From contig NIVC01000628.1 of the NCBI GenBank assembly GCA_002269645.1, positions 248,001 through 312,000 of the forward strand: a stretch of 64,000 nucleotides of DNA. The letters run 5' to 3'. The stretch is from Macrostomum lignano. Taxonomy: Eukaryota. The notes beneath the pieces are model-generated. The model saw nothing but the letters and a program-made list of their open reading frames with translations, was not told where the DNA came from and made no database searches. The translations under genes and the position numbers were made by a program. Positions 23,897 to 38,255 of the stretch are shown here, piece by piece; position 1 is the stretch's first letter; each line of letters starts with the position of its first letter.

Positions 23897-24297
23897 GAGT
23901 TCATGAGTGAGTTCATGAGTGAGTTCATGAGTGAGTTCATGAGCGAGTTCATGAGTGAGTTCATGAGTGAGTTCATGAGTGAGTTCATGAGTGAGTTCAT
24001 GAGTGAGTTCATGAGCGAGTTCATGAGTGAGTTCGTGAGTGAGTTCATGAGCGAGTTCATGAGTGAGTTCATGAGTGAGTTCATGAGTGAGTTCATGAGT
24101 GAGTTTCATTAGTCCATGCGTGATTTCATAAGTAAGTTCATGAGTGAGTTTATGAGTGAGTTTATGAGTGAGTTCATGAGTGAGTTCATGGGTGAGTTCA
24201 TGAGTGAGTTTATGAGTGAGTTCATGAGTGAGTTCATGAGTGAGTTCATGAGTGAGTTCATGAGTGAGTTGAATGAGTTCATTAGTGAGTTCATGAC
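23897..24297. repeat. 12-bp minisatellite (GAGTTCATGAGT)n
   Basis: About 33 units; source of the MSEF/NSLM/HELT ORFs. Confidence 0.97.
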
Positions 24298-24922
24298 CTT
24301 GATTCCGTCCGAGAAGATAACAAGCCGTTGTTGCCATTCCGTAAGCAACTGTCTATTTTAAAAGCTTTCAACCGACCTTAAAAAAGCTTTTTTTGTCTGC
24401 CACTTGAAACAAATCGATTTTAACTGGCTCTGCTTGGAGCAAAGCGCAGGGCCTCTCAAGCCTGAGCTGGTCTGTTTGGTCCTGAACTGTGGCATTACAG
24501 CAGCCCTTCTCCTTATCGTATGCCGACAATATGCCAGACAGTATACTGGTAAATATTGATTGTTGTTGGTAAGCTGACTTGGTTATAGATATCTATGCTC
24601 GTATATATTTGTGTGCATAAAGCAAGCCAAAAGCAAAGATTGATCCCTATGGGAAGAAAACTCCCCAAGACCTTAGTAGAGAGGCTGACTCTGACTCTGC
24701 CAGCCAATGGGGTCGCAGCTCGCATATGATTGGCTGGTCTGACCCAGCACAAAAATACCAAATCCTAAGCCCTTCGTGTCCGCTCCCCAGGTTCTCTTTA
24801 TCAGCGTTTAGACTCAGTCTGCTTCTCTCTGTTATTTAGGCAATTTTATTTTATTATCGTGCAATTACGAATAATTTAAAGTCACCCTACTCGGCTGGGA
24901 TGCCCTCAAAGCTGTTAAAACT

Positions 24923-25106
24923 ATGCCACTGAAGCCGCTGCCGCCACTGCTGCTTCTTCTTCTGGTTTCCTGTCTTCTGCTTTTGCTGCCTTCGTCAACG
25001 TCGCCTTTGTTGAGCCCGAAGCCACGGCTGCCGCCGGCCCCGCTGATTGGGTACGAGAGACCGACAAGGATTGACATCGATCCGGAGAGCTGGCAGTACT
25101 TCCAGG
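24923..25106 (+). CDS. eva-1: EVA-1/EVA1C-like SUEL-lectin type I membrane protein (about 577 aa), coding exon 1 (signal peptide)
   Basis: MPLKPLPPLLLLLLVSCLLLLLPSSTS is a classic signal peptide; donor CAGG|GTGAGC at 25107, phase 1, compatible with the exon at 37217. Confidence 0.72.
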
Positions 25107-25190
25107 GTGAGCCTTCCGGTTGTGGCCATAGACTGTTGTACGTTTAGATAGATAAATACGATACGATACGATTAGATAGATAGATACTTT

Positions 25191-25772
25191 GGGTGTTTAT
25201 TGCCATAGACTGTTGTACATTCATATAGACAAATACGGGGTGTTTATTGCCATAGACTGCTGTACATTCATATAGACAAAGAAGGGGTGTTTATTGCCAT
25301 AGACTGCTGTACATTCATATAGACAAAGAAGGGGTGTTTATTGCCATAGACTGCTGTACATTCATATAGACAAAAGAGGGGTGTTTATTGCCATAGACTG
25401 TTGTACATTCATATAGACAAATACGGGGTGTTTATTGCCATAGACTGCTGTACATTCATATAGACAAATACGGGGTGTTTATTGCCATAGACTGTTGTAC
25501 ATTCAAATAGATAAATACGGGGCGTTTATTTCCATAGACTGCTGTACATTCATATAGACAAAGAAGGGGTGTTTATTGCCATAGACTGCTGTAAATTCAT
25601 ATAGATAAATACGAGGTGTTTATTGCCATAGACTGCTGTACATTCATATAGATAAATACGGGGTGTTTATAGCCATAGACTGTTGTACATTCATATAGAT
25701 AAATACGGGGTGTTTATTGCCATAGACTGCTGTACATTCATATAGATAAATACGGGGCGTTTATTTCCCTAG
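25191..25772. repeat. 47-bp minisatellite (GGTGTTTATTGCCATAGACTGCTGTACATTCATATAGACAAATACGG)n, intronic
   Basis: About 12-13 units; a partial unit begins just after the donor. Confidence 0.95.
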
Positions 25773-26464
25773 ACTGGTTAACAATAGGTTGACAAGCAAT
25801 TTTTCATGTTATTCTTAGCTGGTTAATCTTTCTAATCGACTCGTTCAGCTACTCAGTGAAACTTCTTGTTAATTTTCTCGATTCGCTGTCACCCGATGAG
25901 TCATATGGGAGGTGTTATTAGAATTTTTCGCACATCCGGCCTCTGGGCTAAGAATTGAGCTCCTGGAAGGTGACAGAAGCTACAGAGGCTCTTAATCAGC
26001 CTGTTTGATGCTAGGAGAAGAAGAAATTCCTTGTCACGTTGCAAGTGAACAGCAAATCAGACTGTTTGTTCCTGTCGACTCCGGGCCCAGTGCTTGCCTC
26101 CGGGATGGACAGACAGGACAGGCACAAGCAGATTTAGGCTAACAAGATGACACACAAGGGACCACAGAATTTTAGAATCCGGTTTGAACAACCAAATATT
26201 TGGTAGTTTATTGGATAGAACATTGCTGTTGCGTAACTGGGCGTTGGACCAGCTCTGCTGTAGCTTCCCAGGCCCAGCGTTTGCCACTGCCAATCAGTTA
26301 TGATTGGCTATTTAGAAATTGCTCAGGGATTGCGTCCCAGTGAGATAGCGTAGCTGCTAATGACCCGCATGTCAGGTTTGAAATAATTCACTGTGATGTG
26401 AATTGTGCAGTTTTTGAATAGCAGTAATTTGATTCTTTCTCTAGAAACTACTACATTCGTGAGC

Positions 26465-26960
26465 ATTAAATCTTGTGAATATTAGATCCCGTGAATGTTA
26501 GATCCCGTGAATTTTAGATCCCGTGAATTTTAGATCCCGTGAATAATACATCCCGTGAACATTAGACCCCGTGAACATTAGACCCCGTGAACATTAGATC
26601 CCGTGAATATTAAATCTCGTGAACATTAGATTCTAGGAATATTAGATCCCGTGAACATTAGATCCCGTGAATATTAAATCTCGTGAATATTAGATTCTAA
26701 GAATATTAGATCTCGTGAACATTAGACCCCGTGAACATTAGACCCCGTGAACATTAGATCCCGTGAACATTAGATTCTGGGAACATTAGACCCTGTGAAC
26801 ATTAGACCCCGTAAACATTAGACCCCGTAAACATTAGATCCCGTGAATATTAGATCACGTGAGCATTAGATCCCATTTAATATTAAATCTCGCGAATATT
26901 AGATCCTATATAAACATTAGATTTTGTGAACATTCAATCCCATGAACCCTCGATCCCGTG
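26465..26960. repeat. 16-bp minisatellite (GAACATTAGATCCCGT)n
   Basis: About 30 degenerate units. Confidence 0.93.
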
Positions 26961-28023
26961 AACTCCAGATGCAGATGCAAAGGAAACAAAATGCATCCCG
27001 TGAGCATCAAAGCCCATATGAAGCGATTTCACTGTAGACAAAGAATCGAAGCCAATAGCATTATTCATAGCTAAAAATATTGGAGAATAAAAGGGAGAAG
27101 TGAATTGAGGAGACCTGGGACAATAAATTTAAATTGAAAGTCGCCAGTGCAGGCCAATAAATAAAAATTGCAGACCCGCCCACCCCACCCTCCCCAGGCG
27201 CTGGCTGACTGCCTCGCATGCTTCGTTCTATTATATTTTTCTGCTTTTTCACGACCCAAAGCAGCAAAGCAACTGCAGTGACCAGAGAGCGCATAGAAGA
27301 GAAATCAATAATTGTTCCACTCTTCTCTCTAGCGATCTTATCCTTACCTTGTTTCATTGCTGCTTTTTTGGCAACAAGTCTTCTGCTTCTGCGTATTGTC
27401 TTCTAGTCTCGCCCAGCGCTGGCCAGAATGAGAGGAGACAGAAGGAGGAGGAGCAGCAAGCGGAAGAGATAATGAAATTATAATGAAAAACATGCATACG
27501 AGCGTAGTACTAAAAGAAATAAGCAAAAACAGCCGTCTTCTAGAAGAGAAAACGCAGGCAATAATTAAAGGGACCAGAGAGTAGTGAAATTCCGGCGTTG
27601 AATTTCGCACTGCCGCCTCATTCATTTCCCAGCCCGGTTAATAACATCTTTGAGCTGTCAGGCACCTGCACTGCCTTCTGGGAACTGACCGCGACTTGCT
27701 TATCAAGAAAACAAGGACATTGCAGGAGGGAACGGTTGCAAGAAGATTTCAACTGCAATTGAAAAAGGAAAAAAAACAGGATGAGAAATTCTTTTAACTC
27801 TCTGAATCTGGCTGCCAAAGCCATCCAGTTGGTGAATTTCCCGTTGTGATCCGCCAGATTTGGCTGGCACGTGGGTCAACATGAGAGTCCAAATTGTAGG
27901 GGAAACCGGGGGGGGGCGAAAAGAACCTCACAGATGGCCTAGGCCTAATGGATCACGATTCTATTAGTCATTCACGTGTTCCCATTTCACGTGGGTGCAG
28001 TGCACCCTGTGTGAGCGTGTGTG

Positions 28024-28930
28024 AGAGAGACAGGGAGAGACAGGGAGAGACAGGGAGAGACAGGGAGAGACAGGGAGAGACAGGGAGAGAGACAGGGAGA
28101 GAGACAGGGAGAGAGACAGGGAGAGAGACAGAGAGAGAGACAGGGGGAGACAGGGAGAGACAGGGAGAGACAGGGAGAGAGACAGGGAGAGAGACAGACA
28201 GGGAGAGACAGGGGGAGACAGGGAGAGAGACAGACAGGGAGAGACAGGGGGAGACAGGGAGAGAGACAGGGAGAGACAGGGAGAGACAGGGAGAGAGACA
28301 GGGAGAGAGACAGACAGGGAGAGACAGGGGGAGACAGGGAGAGAGACAGACAGGGAGAGACAGGGGGAGACAGGGAGAGAGACAGGGAGAGAGACAGGGA
28401 GAGAGACAGGGAGAGAGACAGGGAGAGAGACAGGGTGAGAGACAAGGAGAGAGACAGAGACAGGGAGAGAGACAGGGAGAGAGACAGAGACAGGGAGAGA
28501 GACAGAGACAGGGAGAGAGACAGGGAGAGAGACAGGGAGAGAGACAGGGAGAGACAGGGAGAGAGACAGACAGGGGAGACAGGAGAGACAGACAGGGAGA
28601 GACAGGGAGAGACAGGGAGAGACAGGGAGAGAGACAGACAGGGGAGACAGGAGAGACAGACAGGGAGAGACAGGGAGAGAGACAGACAGGGGAGACAGGA
28701 GAGACAGACAGGGAGAGACAGGGAGAGAGACAGGGAGAGACAGGGAGAGAGACAGACAGGGGAGACAGGAGAGACAGACAGGGAGAGACAGGGAGAGAGA
28801 CAGGGAGAGACAGGGAGAGAGACAGACAGGGGAGACAGGAGAGACAGACAGGGAGAGACAGGGAGAGACAGGGAGAGAGACAGACAGGGGAGACAGGAGA
28901 GACAGACAGGGAGAGACAGGGACAGACAGG
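28024..28930. repeat. Purine-rich 10/12-bp repeat (GACAGGGAGA[GA])n
   Basis: Read directly. Confidence 0.97.
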
Positions 28931-29630
28931 GAGGACAGGAGGGCGATACAGGATCCGGGCGACAAAGCCAGAACGAGCTGAGTTCCGGGTCTCCCTCCCC
29001 GAGTTCGCAGCCAGCTGTGATGGATGATGAGCAGTGGAGGAGGGGGTGAATCGGCAGCAGCAGCCGCAGCCGGTACAGCGGGCCACTGCTGCGGAAGAGT
29101 TCTGGCACGGTGCACGGCAAAGGCCAATTAGAACTTACTCGAGCTTCTGGCCTCCATCCTCTCTCTCCCTCCAGTATCTCCCAGCCGTATTGAGAAGCAA
29201 GGATCGGGCAGAGAGCAGAGCAGATGAGAGTCTGGAGCAGTGGAAGACGGAGCAGTTGCTCCCAAGTCGGTGATTGATTTTTGCTTCGCTAAGGCAATTA
29301 TAAGATTTGTTTGAGGGGTGCTTCTGGGCTCCGCCTCTCTCCTCCTCTCGGAACTGCCCAAGCTAATTAGTTATGATAATGACTGCACTGTTGAGCAGCT
29401 GCTGCCTGGCTGGTGCATCATTGTTTTTGTTGCTGCTCAAGTCCGGCTGCCCGAATCCTCATCTTGCACTGTGCTGAAGAGGCTCTCTGCAGAGAAGCTG
29501 CTCCCATGCAGTGTTTTCCTATGGTCGGGAACGAGTGAACTACACAAATATCTGCACTGCCTGTGTCGCTTGTGAATTTCTGAGTCCATTCGCATTTGGG
29601 AAAATCCGGCCGATTTGTGTTCAGCTCCAC

Positions 29631-30385
<755 letters not shown>

Positions 30386-30905
30386 TCAGTCTGTCACATC
30401 TCTATCTCAACCTTCTGTACTCTCTCGCATCTACCCCACCCCTTCTCTATAGCGGCAGCAGAATTATTAGTTAAACCGAGTAATTTCTTTTTGAAAAACT
30501 GAGGGCAAGTGAAAAAATGCAATTAGCCGCTCAAAAAACTGACGAATGAATTATTAAAGGGCCGCTTAGCACGCAAAAGTTCAGACGTGGCCTCTTAGAA
30601 TTTTCCGAGTCCATGTCAAACACGCGGCCTTGAATTAAGCAAAAATTCGGTATGCATAACCGAGCAGGCTGCAACAGAAAATGCATACTCGCTTAGCAGA
30701 CAGCCTTGCCCGGCTAAATTGAAGGATCTGGGGGGGGGGGACCGGGCTGCGCCGATGGGAGAATTTACATAGCTAGAGGGGGGTCTCGGACCCGTTGGGA
30801 TGCGAATCCCAATCAGCAGCACAGTTGAGTTGGTTTAAAGAATTTTGGCGTCCCTGGTAAAAAAACAGACTGGTATTAAATTTGACTTGTTGAAACGACA
30901 GGGAT

Positions 30906-31748
30906 GAATATGAACAGGGAAATGGGAACAGGGGAATATGAACAGGAGAATATGAACAGGGGAATATGAACAGGGAATATGAACAGGGGAATATGAACAG
31001 GGGAATATGAACAGGAGAATATGAACAGGGGAATATGAACAGGAGAATATGAACAGGAGAATATGAACAGGGGAATATGAACAGGGGAATATGAACAGGA
31101 GAATATGAACAGGAGAATATGAACAGGAGAATATGAACAGGGGAATATGAACAGGGGAATATGAACAGGAGAATATGAACAGGAGAATATGAACAGGGGT
31201 AATATGAACAGGAGAATATGAACAGGAGAATATGAACAGGAGAATATGAACAGGAGAATATGAACAGGAGAATATGAACAGGAGAATATGAACAGGGGAA
31301 TATGAACAGGGGAATTTGAACAGGAGAATATGAACAGGAGAATATGAACAGGGGAATATGAACAGGAGAATATGAACAGGGGAATATGAACAGGAGAATA
31401 TGAACAGGAGAATATGAACAGGGGAATATGAACAGGGGAATATGAACAGGAGAATATGAACAGGAGAATATGAACAGGAGAATATGAACAGGGGAATATG
31501 AACAGGGGAATATGAACAGGAGAATATGAACAGGAGAATATGAACAGGGGTAATATGAACAGGGGAATATGAACAGGGGAATATGAACAGGGGAATATGA
31601 ACAGGGGAATATGAACAGGGGAATATGAACAGGGGAATATGAACAGGGGAATATGAACAGGGGAATATGAACAGGGGAATATGAACAGGGGAATATGAAC
31701 AGGGGAATATGAACAGGGGAATATGAACAGGGGAATATGAACAGGGGT
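30906..31748. repeat. 14-bp minisatellite (AATATGAACAGG[G/A]G)n
   Basis: About 60 units. Confidence 0.98.
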
Positions 31749-32454
31749 GAATGAGCTGCCAAGATTTGGATTCCAGACAAAGTCGGATTCCAACGCAATC
31801 ACTTGAGCAGTTGATTTACAAAGGCCGGCTCAATCTAATTAGCGCATTGGCGAGTCGATGGCTGTCTACTGCTTATAAATGATGCCTGCCAACGATGGCA
31901 GGCTTGTAAATCAGGGCACTTCACCGCCAGCGTGCGTCTGAATCACACGAGAGGCAAAGTATTCTTGGATAAACAGACTGGCTTTTCAGAGCCCCACACA
32001 CATCCCAGGAGAGAGCTGCCGGCTCCTTCCCAGCTGCTTGGGGAAGTGAGCGACCAGTCATCAGTTAGGGGCTAACCCTCCGCCTAGAGTCTCCCATGAG
32101 ACCCCTGGCGACTAGAAGTGCAAAAAAGCGAAACCAAACGACCAGTCATAGTTTTTTTTAAGTTTCAAAATGCACGATTTCTCGTTTCTTTCTCTAATTT
32201 CTCTCTCCAACCATGCAGACCAAGTTTCCAGCAGCTGTCCCGTTCGCGAATATTGGCTAAGCTAAGCGTGCATTGAGCTATAGGGGGATTAACAGCTCCA
32301 GGACTCGGCAGCATTATTCCCATCTGGTTTGAGTCCCCTGAAAGCTCGAAAGTTCTCGGCTGCTCCTGCTGCTCGTTCTGGTGGACTTTTATGCGAGCAG
32401 AATTTGGCATTGAGCTGCTTAGCTGGCTGCGTCCCGTGACTCCTGTTGGCTCAA

Positions 32455-34220
32455 CTGTGTCTCCGCGCCTGCCTGTTCCTGTCTGTGTCTCCGTGTCCGT
32501 CTGTGTCTGTGTCTCTGTGTCCGTCTGTGTCTGTGTGTCCATCTGTGCCTGTGTCTCTGTGTCTCTGTGTCTGTGTCTCTGTGTCTCTGTGTCTGTGTCT
32601 CCGTGTCCATCTGTGCCTGTGTCTCTGTGTCCGTCTGTGTCTCTGTGTCCGTCTGTGCCTGTGGCTTTGTATCCATCTGTGTCTGTGTCTCTGTGTCTCT
32701 GTGTCTGTGTCTGTGTCCGTCTGTGTCTGTGGCTTTGTATCCATCTGTGTCTGTGTCTCTGTGTCTCTGTGTCTGTGTCTGTGTCCGTCTGTGTCTGTGG
32801 CTTTGTATCCATCTGTGTCTGTGTCTCTGTGTCTCTGTGTCTGTGTCCGTCTGTGTCTGTGTGTCCATCTGTGCCTGTGTCTCTGTGTCTCTGTGTCTGT
32901 GTCTCTGTGTCTCTGTGTCTCTGTGTCTGTGTCTCTGTGTCTCTGTGCCTGTGTCTCCGTGTCCATCTGTGCCTGTGTCTCTGTGTCCGTCTGTGTCTGT
33001 GGCTGTGTCCGTCTGTGTCTGTGGCTTTGTATCCATCTGTGTCTGTGTCTCTGTGTCTCTGTGTCTGTGTCCGTCTGTGTCTGTGTGTCCATCTGTGTCT
33101 GTGTCTCTGTGTCTCTGTGTCTGTGTCTCTGTGTCTCTGTGCCTGTGTCTCCGTGTCCATCTGTGCCTGTGTCTCTGTGTCCGTCTGTGTCTGTGTCTGT
33201 GTCCGTCTGTGTCTGTGGCTTTGTATCCATCTGTGTCTGTGTCTCTGTGTCTCTGTGTCTGTGTCTGTGTCCGTCTGTGTCTGTGGCTTTGTATCCATCT
33301 GTGTCTGTGTCTCTGTGTCTCTGTGTCTGTGTCCGTCTGTGTCTGTGTGTCCATCTGTGCCTGTGTCTCTGTGTCTCTGTGTCTCTGTGTCTGTGTCTCT
33401 GTGTCTCTGTGTCTGTGTCTCTGTGTCTCTGTGCCTGTGTCTCCGTGTCCATCTGTGCCTGTGTCTCTGTGTCCGTCTGTGTCTGTGGCTTTGTATCCAT
33501 CTGTGTCTGTCTCTCTGTGTCCGTCTGTGTCTGTGTCTCTGTGCCTGTGTCTCCGTGTCCATCTGTGCCTGTGTCTCTGTGTCCGTCTGTGTCTCTGTGT
33601 CCGTCTGTGTCTCTGTGTCCGTCTGTGTCTGTGGCTTTGTATCCATCTGTGTCTGTCTCTCTGTGTCCGTCTGTGTCTGTGTCTCTGTGTCCATCTGTGC
33701 CTGTGTCTTTGTGTCCGTCTGTGTCTGTCTCTGTGTCCATCTGTGCCTGTGTCTCTGTGTCCGTCTGTGTCTGTCTCTGTGTCCATCTGTGCCTGTGTCT
33801 CTGTGTCCGTCTGTGCCTATGTCTCTGTGTTCATCTGTGCCTGTGTCTCTGTGTCCATCTGTGTCTGTCTCTGTGCCCATCTGTGTCCGTGTCTCTGTGT
33901 CCGTCTGTGTCCGTGTCTCTGTGTCCGTCTGTGCCTGTGTCTCTGTGTCCATCTGTGCCTGTGTCACTGTGTCCGTCTGTGTCTGTCTCTGTGTCCATCT
34001 GCGCCTGTGTCTCCGTGTCCATCTGTGCCTGTGTCTCTGTGTCCGTCTGTGTCTGTGTCTCTGTGTTCATCTGTGCCTGTGTCTCTGTGTCCGTCTGTGT
34101 CTCTGTGTCCGTCTGTGTCTGTGTCTGTGTCTCTGTGTTCATCTGTGCCTGTGTCTCTGTGTCCGTCTGTGCCTGTGTCTCTGTGTCCGTCTGTGTCTGT
34201 GTCTCTGTGTCTGTCTGTGT
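32455..34220. repeat. Complex TG/TC-rich satellite (TGTCTC/TGTGTC modules with recurring GGCTTTGTATCCATC marker)
   Basis: Read directly; explains the 400-765 aa C/L/V/S and HRDT ORFs. Confidence 0.96.
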
Positions 34221-34288
34221 CTTTATCTATCTATGTCTCTTTCTCTGTGTCGGTTTATGCCTTCGTATTTGTTTGTGTCTCTAAAGGC

Positions 34289-34427
<139 letters not shown>

Positions 34428-35319
34428 TCGCCACATCTTCACCCTCCCTGCCTCTTCCCATCATTATATTTGTCAATGAGTGCCCATCCTCATCATACTC
34501 TTTCTCGAAGCCGCGCCCCGGATCAGGAATTGTTTCGCCTCGACAAACTGGCGGCTCAACCGAAGCAGTTGTGTCCTGTAATTCTTTTCATTCCCCGGTT
34601 TGTTTCTCACCCCCCTCCCAGAGCCGGGCCTGTTGATCCGCGCGCCCGAGCGGCGGCAATCGATGAGGCAGGGGAGTTTGGGGGATAATTCTCCCACAGC
34701 CGCGTCTGTTGGGCGCTTCTGATTGCCGGGTTGGGGGGGGGGAGGACTAGAAAGAATAACAGCGTGAGGATCTTCTAGGAGCCTGTTTGGCAATTTCGAG
34801 CGCAGCAAGCAGACTGGCAGTCGGCGAAGAGAGCGACAGGAATGGCTAGAAGAGAGAAATCCTCGCAGACTCAATTGCCAATCACCCGGACAGCAGGCCA
34901 ATGAGGATGTAAGCACGCTTCCCCACCAGGAGGGAAGTTTCTGGATCAAGTTTAATCACAGCCCGCCCGCCTCCAGTAAAAAGGCATCTCAGCCGCAGAA
35001 TGCTGAGACAGGCCGAGACAAAACACTAGCGAGTGATTTACTGGAATCTCTCAGGCGTGCGAAACGAGTTCGTCATTTTTGTTATAATTCCGTCCGTCGG
35101 AGCACTTTCCCTGGTTTGGACTGACACGGTTTGATCAGCTTAGCGTGTCGCGATATTGATGCATGCAACAAGTCAGTTCTGAGACAGTCCAGTGAACTTT
35201 TCCATCGGGGTTTTGTTGCTAGAATGCCAGGAGGAAAATAAATGCTATTAACTGATTGCATTGAGTGTGCACTTTTATTATTGTCTCTTACCAAAAAGCT
35301 TCTAATCACCCCACTTCTT

Positions 35320-36050
35320 ATCAGTGTACGCGCAAGGTCTGTACTCTGACCCCCGATCCTTCACCCACCTCACTCCTTGCGCTGTCAGTGTGGCTGCAAG
35401 GTCTGTACTCTGTGATCCCCGATCCTTCACCCACCTCACTCCTTGCGCTGTCAGTGTGGCTGCAAGGTCTGTACTCTGTGATCCCCGATCCTTCACCCAC
35501 CTCACTCCTTGCGCTGTCAGTGTGGCTGCAAGGTCTGTACTCTGTGATCCCCGATCCTTCACCCACCTCATTTCTTGCGCTTATCAGTGCGGGTGCAAGG
35601 TCTGTACTCTGTGATCCCCGATCCTTCACCCACCTCACTTCTTGCGCTTATCAGTGCGGGTGCAAGGTCTGTACTCTGTGACCCCCGATCCTTTACCCAC
35701 CTCACTCCTTGCGCTTATCAGTGCGGGTGCAAGGTCTGTACTCTGTGATCCCCGATCCTTCACCCACCTCACTTCTTGCGCTTATCAGTGCGGGTGCAAG
35801 GTCTGTACTCTGTGATCCCCGATCCTTCACCCACCTCACTCCTTGCGCTGTCAGTGCGGGTGCAAGGTCTGTACTCTGTGATCCCCGATCCTTCACCCAC
35901 CTCACTCCTTGCGCTGTCAGTGCGGGTGCAAGGTCTGTACTCTGTGACCCCCGATCCTTCACCCACCCCACTCCTTGCGCTATCAGTGCGGATGCAAGGT
36001 CTGTACTCTGTGACATCCCGATCCTTCACCCACCTCACTCCATGCGCTAT
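35320..36050. repeat. 66-bp minisatellite, about 11 units
   Basis: Unit CAGTGCGGGTGCAAGGTCTGTACTCTGTGATCCCCGATCCTTCACCCACCTCACTCCTTGCGCTGT. Confidence 0.96.
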
Positions 36051-36591
36051 CAGCATGCGCGCAGATGCTTTTTAGTTTACAAATTCAACTTCACTCGCTT
36101 CATAGTTAGTCTTAGTCGGTGCATTCTGTCCGCCACTGAAAAGTATTAAGTCGCTGAAGCAGAGCAGATGGATGTATTGAAAGGCAGAAAATTGCGCGAG
36201 GCCCACTGAGCAAACAGGCCTGGTTGCTGAAGTGCCAATCCATTCCGGTTCGTCAAAAGCAATTCCTTAATTATGCCACGGATGCAGTTCCACTTTTTTC
36301 ATGGGTATATGGGAAACCGTTTCTCTAGCAGAGAAGGATCAAGTGCTTTTTCTGGGAAATTTTCTGCTTGGGAAAATAGAATTCCTTCACGAATGATAAG
36401 CAAACCTACCTATTTGCACAGATATTAGCAATGTTGTTCATCATTAAGCATCGATATTTTTATGGGACTTTTGCACCGACAATTTAGCTCGTACCCGTAT
36501 AATCAAGATCTGGGCAGACTTGCAAACATTGGTCCCGAAAATTTCTAACAAAATCGTATCTTTCTGACCAACCATCCCTATCTTGCTCCCT

Positions 36592-37135
36592 CTGCACACC
36601 CTACCTATCCTCCCTGCTCACCCTACCTATCCTCCCTGATCACCCTACCTTCCTCCCTGATCACCCTACCTTCCTCCCTGATCACCCTACCTTCCTCCCT
36701 GATCACTCTACCTTCCTCCCTACCCACCCTACTTTCCTCATTACTCACCCTACCTTCCTCCCTACTCACCCTACCTATCCTCTCTGCTCACCCTACCTAT
36801 CCTCCCTGCTCACTCTACCTATCCACCCTGCTCACCCTACCTATCCTCCTGCTCACCCTACCTTCCTCCCTACTCACCCTACCTTCCTCCCTGGTCACCC
36901 TACTTTCCTCATTACTCACCCTACCTTCCTCCCTACTCACCCTACCTATCCTCTCTGCTCACCCTACCTATCCTCCCTGCTCACTCTACCTATCCTCCCT
37001 GCTCACCCTACGTATCCTCCCTGCTCACCCTACCTTCCTCCCTGGTCACCCTACCTTCCTCCCTACTCACCCTACCTTCCTCCCTACTCACCTTACCTAT
37101 CCTCCCTACTCACCATGTACCCTACCTTCCTTCAT
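36592..37135. repeat. 21-22-bp pyrimidine-rich minisatellite (TGCTCACCCTACCTTCCTCCC)n
   Basis: Tandem units ending about 80 nt before an acceptor. Confidence 0.94.
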
Positions 37136-37216
37136 ACTCCCCTATCTTCCTTCCTCTACCCATCCCACCACCCAGATCCGCTCTCAACCCACTCGCCCCA
37201 CCTACCGCTCGGACAG

Positions 37217-37434
37217 GCCTGGTGTCAGCCGACCTGCCCAACAGGAAGCTGCTACTCTGCTCAGGCGCTGGTCACAGCGTGAGCTGCCCGGCCAGCACCA
37301 GCATCGCCGTCTCCTCTGCGCATTTCGGACGGCGCGGCGAAACCAACGCCTGCTATCAGGCACAGACTGGCGAGCTGGAAGGCAGCGGCTGGTCGCCAGT
37401 GAACAAAACCTGCGAAGTCTCTGATCTAGCCAAG
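37217..37434 (+). CDS. eva-1: EVA-1-like protein, exon 2 (SUEL lectin domain 1, N-half)
   Basis: GGACAG|GC, phase 1; LLLCSGAGHSVSCPASTSIAVSSAHFGRRGETNAC (FGR at the YGR motif position); donor AAG|GTAAAT at 37435, phase 0. Confidence 0.85.
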
Positions 37435-37499
37435 GTAAATTAATTAGGGAGTCAGAATTATCATTTGCACCTTATGTACAGCCCCATATCTCTTACCCT

Positions 37500-37873
37500 C
37501 AATGTACATTCGTGAATCTCTCTCCCTCAATCTACTGCCTCAAACCCCTTGCCCTCAATGTAAATTCGCGAATCTCTCTCCCTCAATCTACTGCCTAAAA
37601 CCCCTTGTCCTCAATGTACATTCGCGAATCTCTCTCCCCTCAATCTACTGCCTCAAACCCCTTGTCCTCAATGTACATTCGCGAATCTCTCTCCCCTCAA
37701 TCTACTGCCTAAAACCCCTTGCCCTCAATGTAAATTCGCGAATCTCTCTCCCCTCAATCTACTGCCTAAAACCCCTTGTCCTCAATGTACATTCGCGAAT
37801 CTCTCTCCCCTCAATCTACTGCCTCAAACCCCTTGTCCTCAATGTACATTCGCGAATCTCTTGCCCTCAATGT
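37500..37873. repeat. 57-bp minisatellite, about 6.5 units, intronic
   Basis: The 19-aa repeat PSIYCLKPLVLNVHSRISL in the ORF track reflects the 57-bp period. Confidence 0.94.
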
Positions 37874-38140
37874 ACAGTATCAAACCTTTCTATCCCAAAT
37901 CTACAACCTCAAGCCCCTTACATCATCTGCAGCCCCCTAACCCGAAGTATTTCTACACTATTTACCCCACTATTTCCATCCAAATTCACCCCAGCACACA
38001 GGAGAGACAGCAAACCTTCCTCCCTGCGCCCCAAATTACCGCAAACAAAAATCGCACTTTTCCCGCCAACCTTAACAATCGGCATTCGCAAATCCTTATT
38101 TAGTTTCTCCCCCAACCCCGCCTCCGCATTCGCCGCCCAG

Positions 38141-38255
38141 ATACTGTCAGGCAGGTGCGCGGGCCGCTCCGAATGCCGGCTGTCCTCAGACCCTCAGGGC
38201 CTCCCCTGCCACGGCCTGCAGCCCTTCCTGTCACTCACGTACGTCTGTCAACCTG
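38141..38255 (+). CDS. eva-1: EVA-1-like protein, exon 3 (SUEL lectin domain 1, C-half)
   Basis: CGCCCAG|ATA, phase 0; ILSGRCAGRSECRLSSDPQGLPCHGLQPFLSLTYVCQP; donor CCTG|GTAAGT at 38256, phase 1. Confidence 0.88.

Noticed and set aside
21696-24361. Long repetitive ORFs (HTAGLS, CWPVPH, MSEF, HELT, NSLM)
   Set aside because: They are open in most frames simply because the 18/27- and 12-bp units lack stops.
28980-29290. Possible minus-strand exons around a GTAAGT donor at about 29138, and a plus-strand acceptor at about 29174
   Set aside because: The plus-strand option hits a stop in the required phase; the minus-strand frames gave no convincing homology or gene model.
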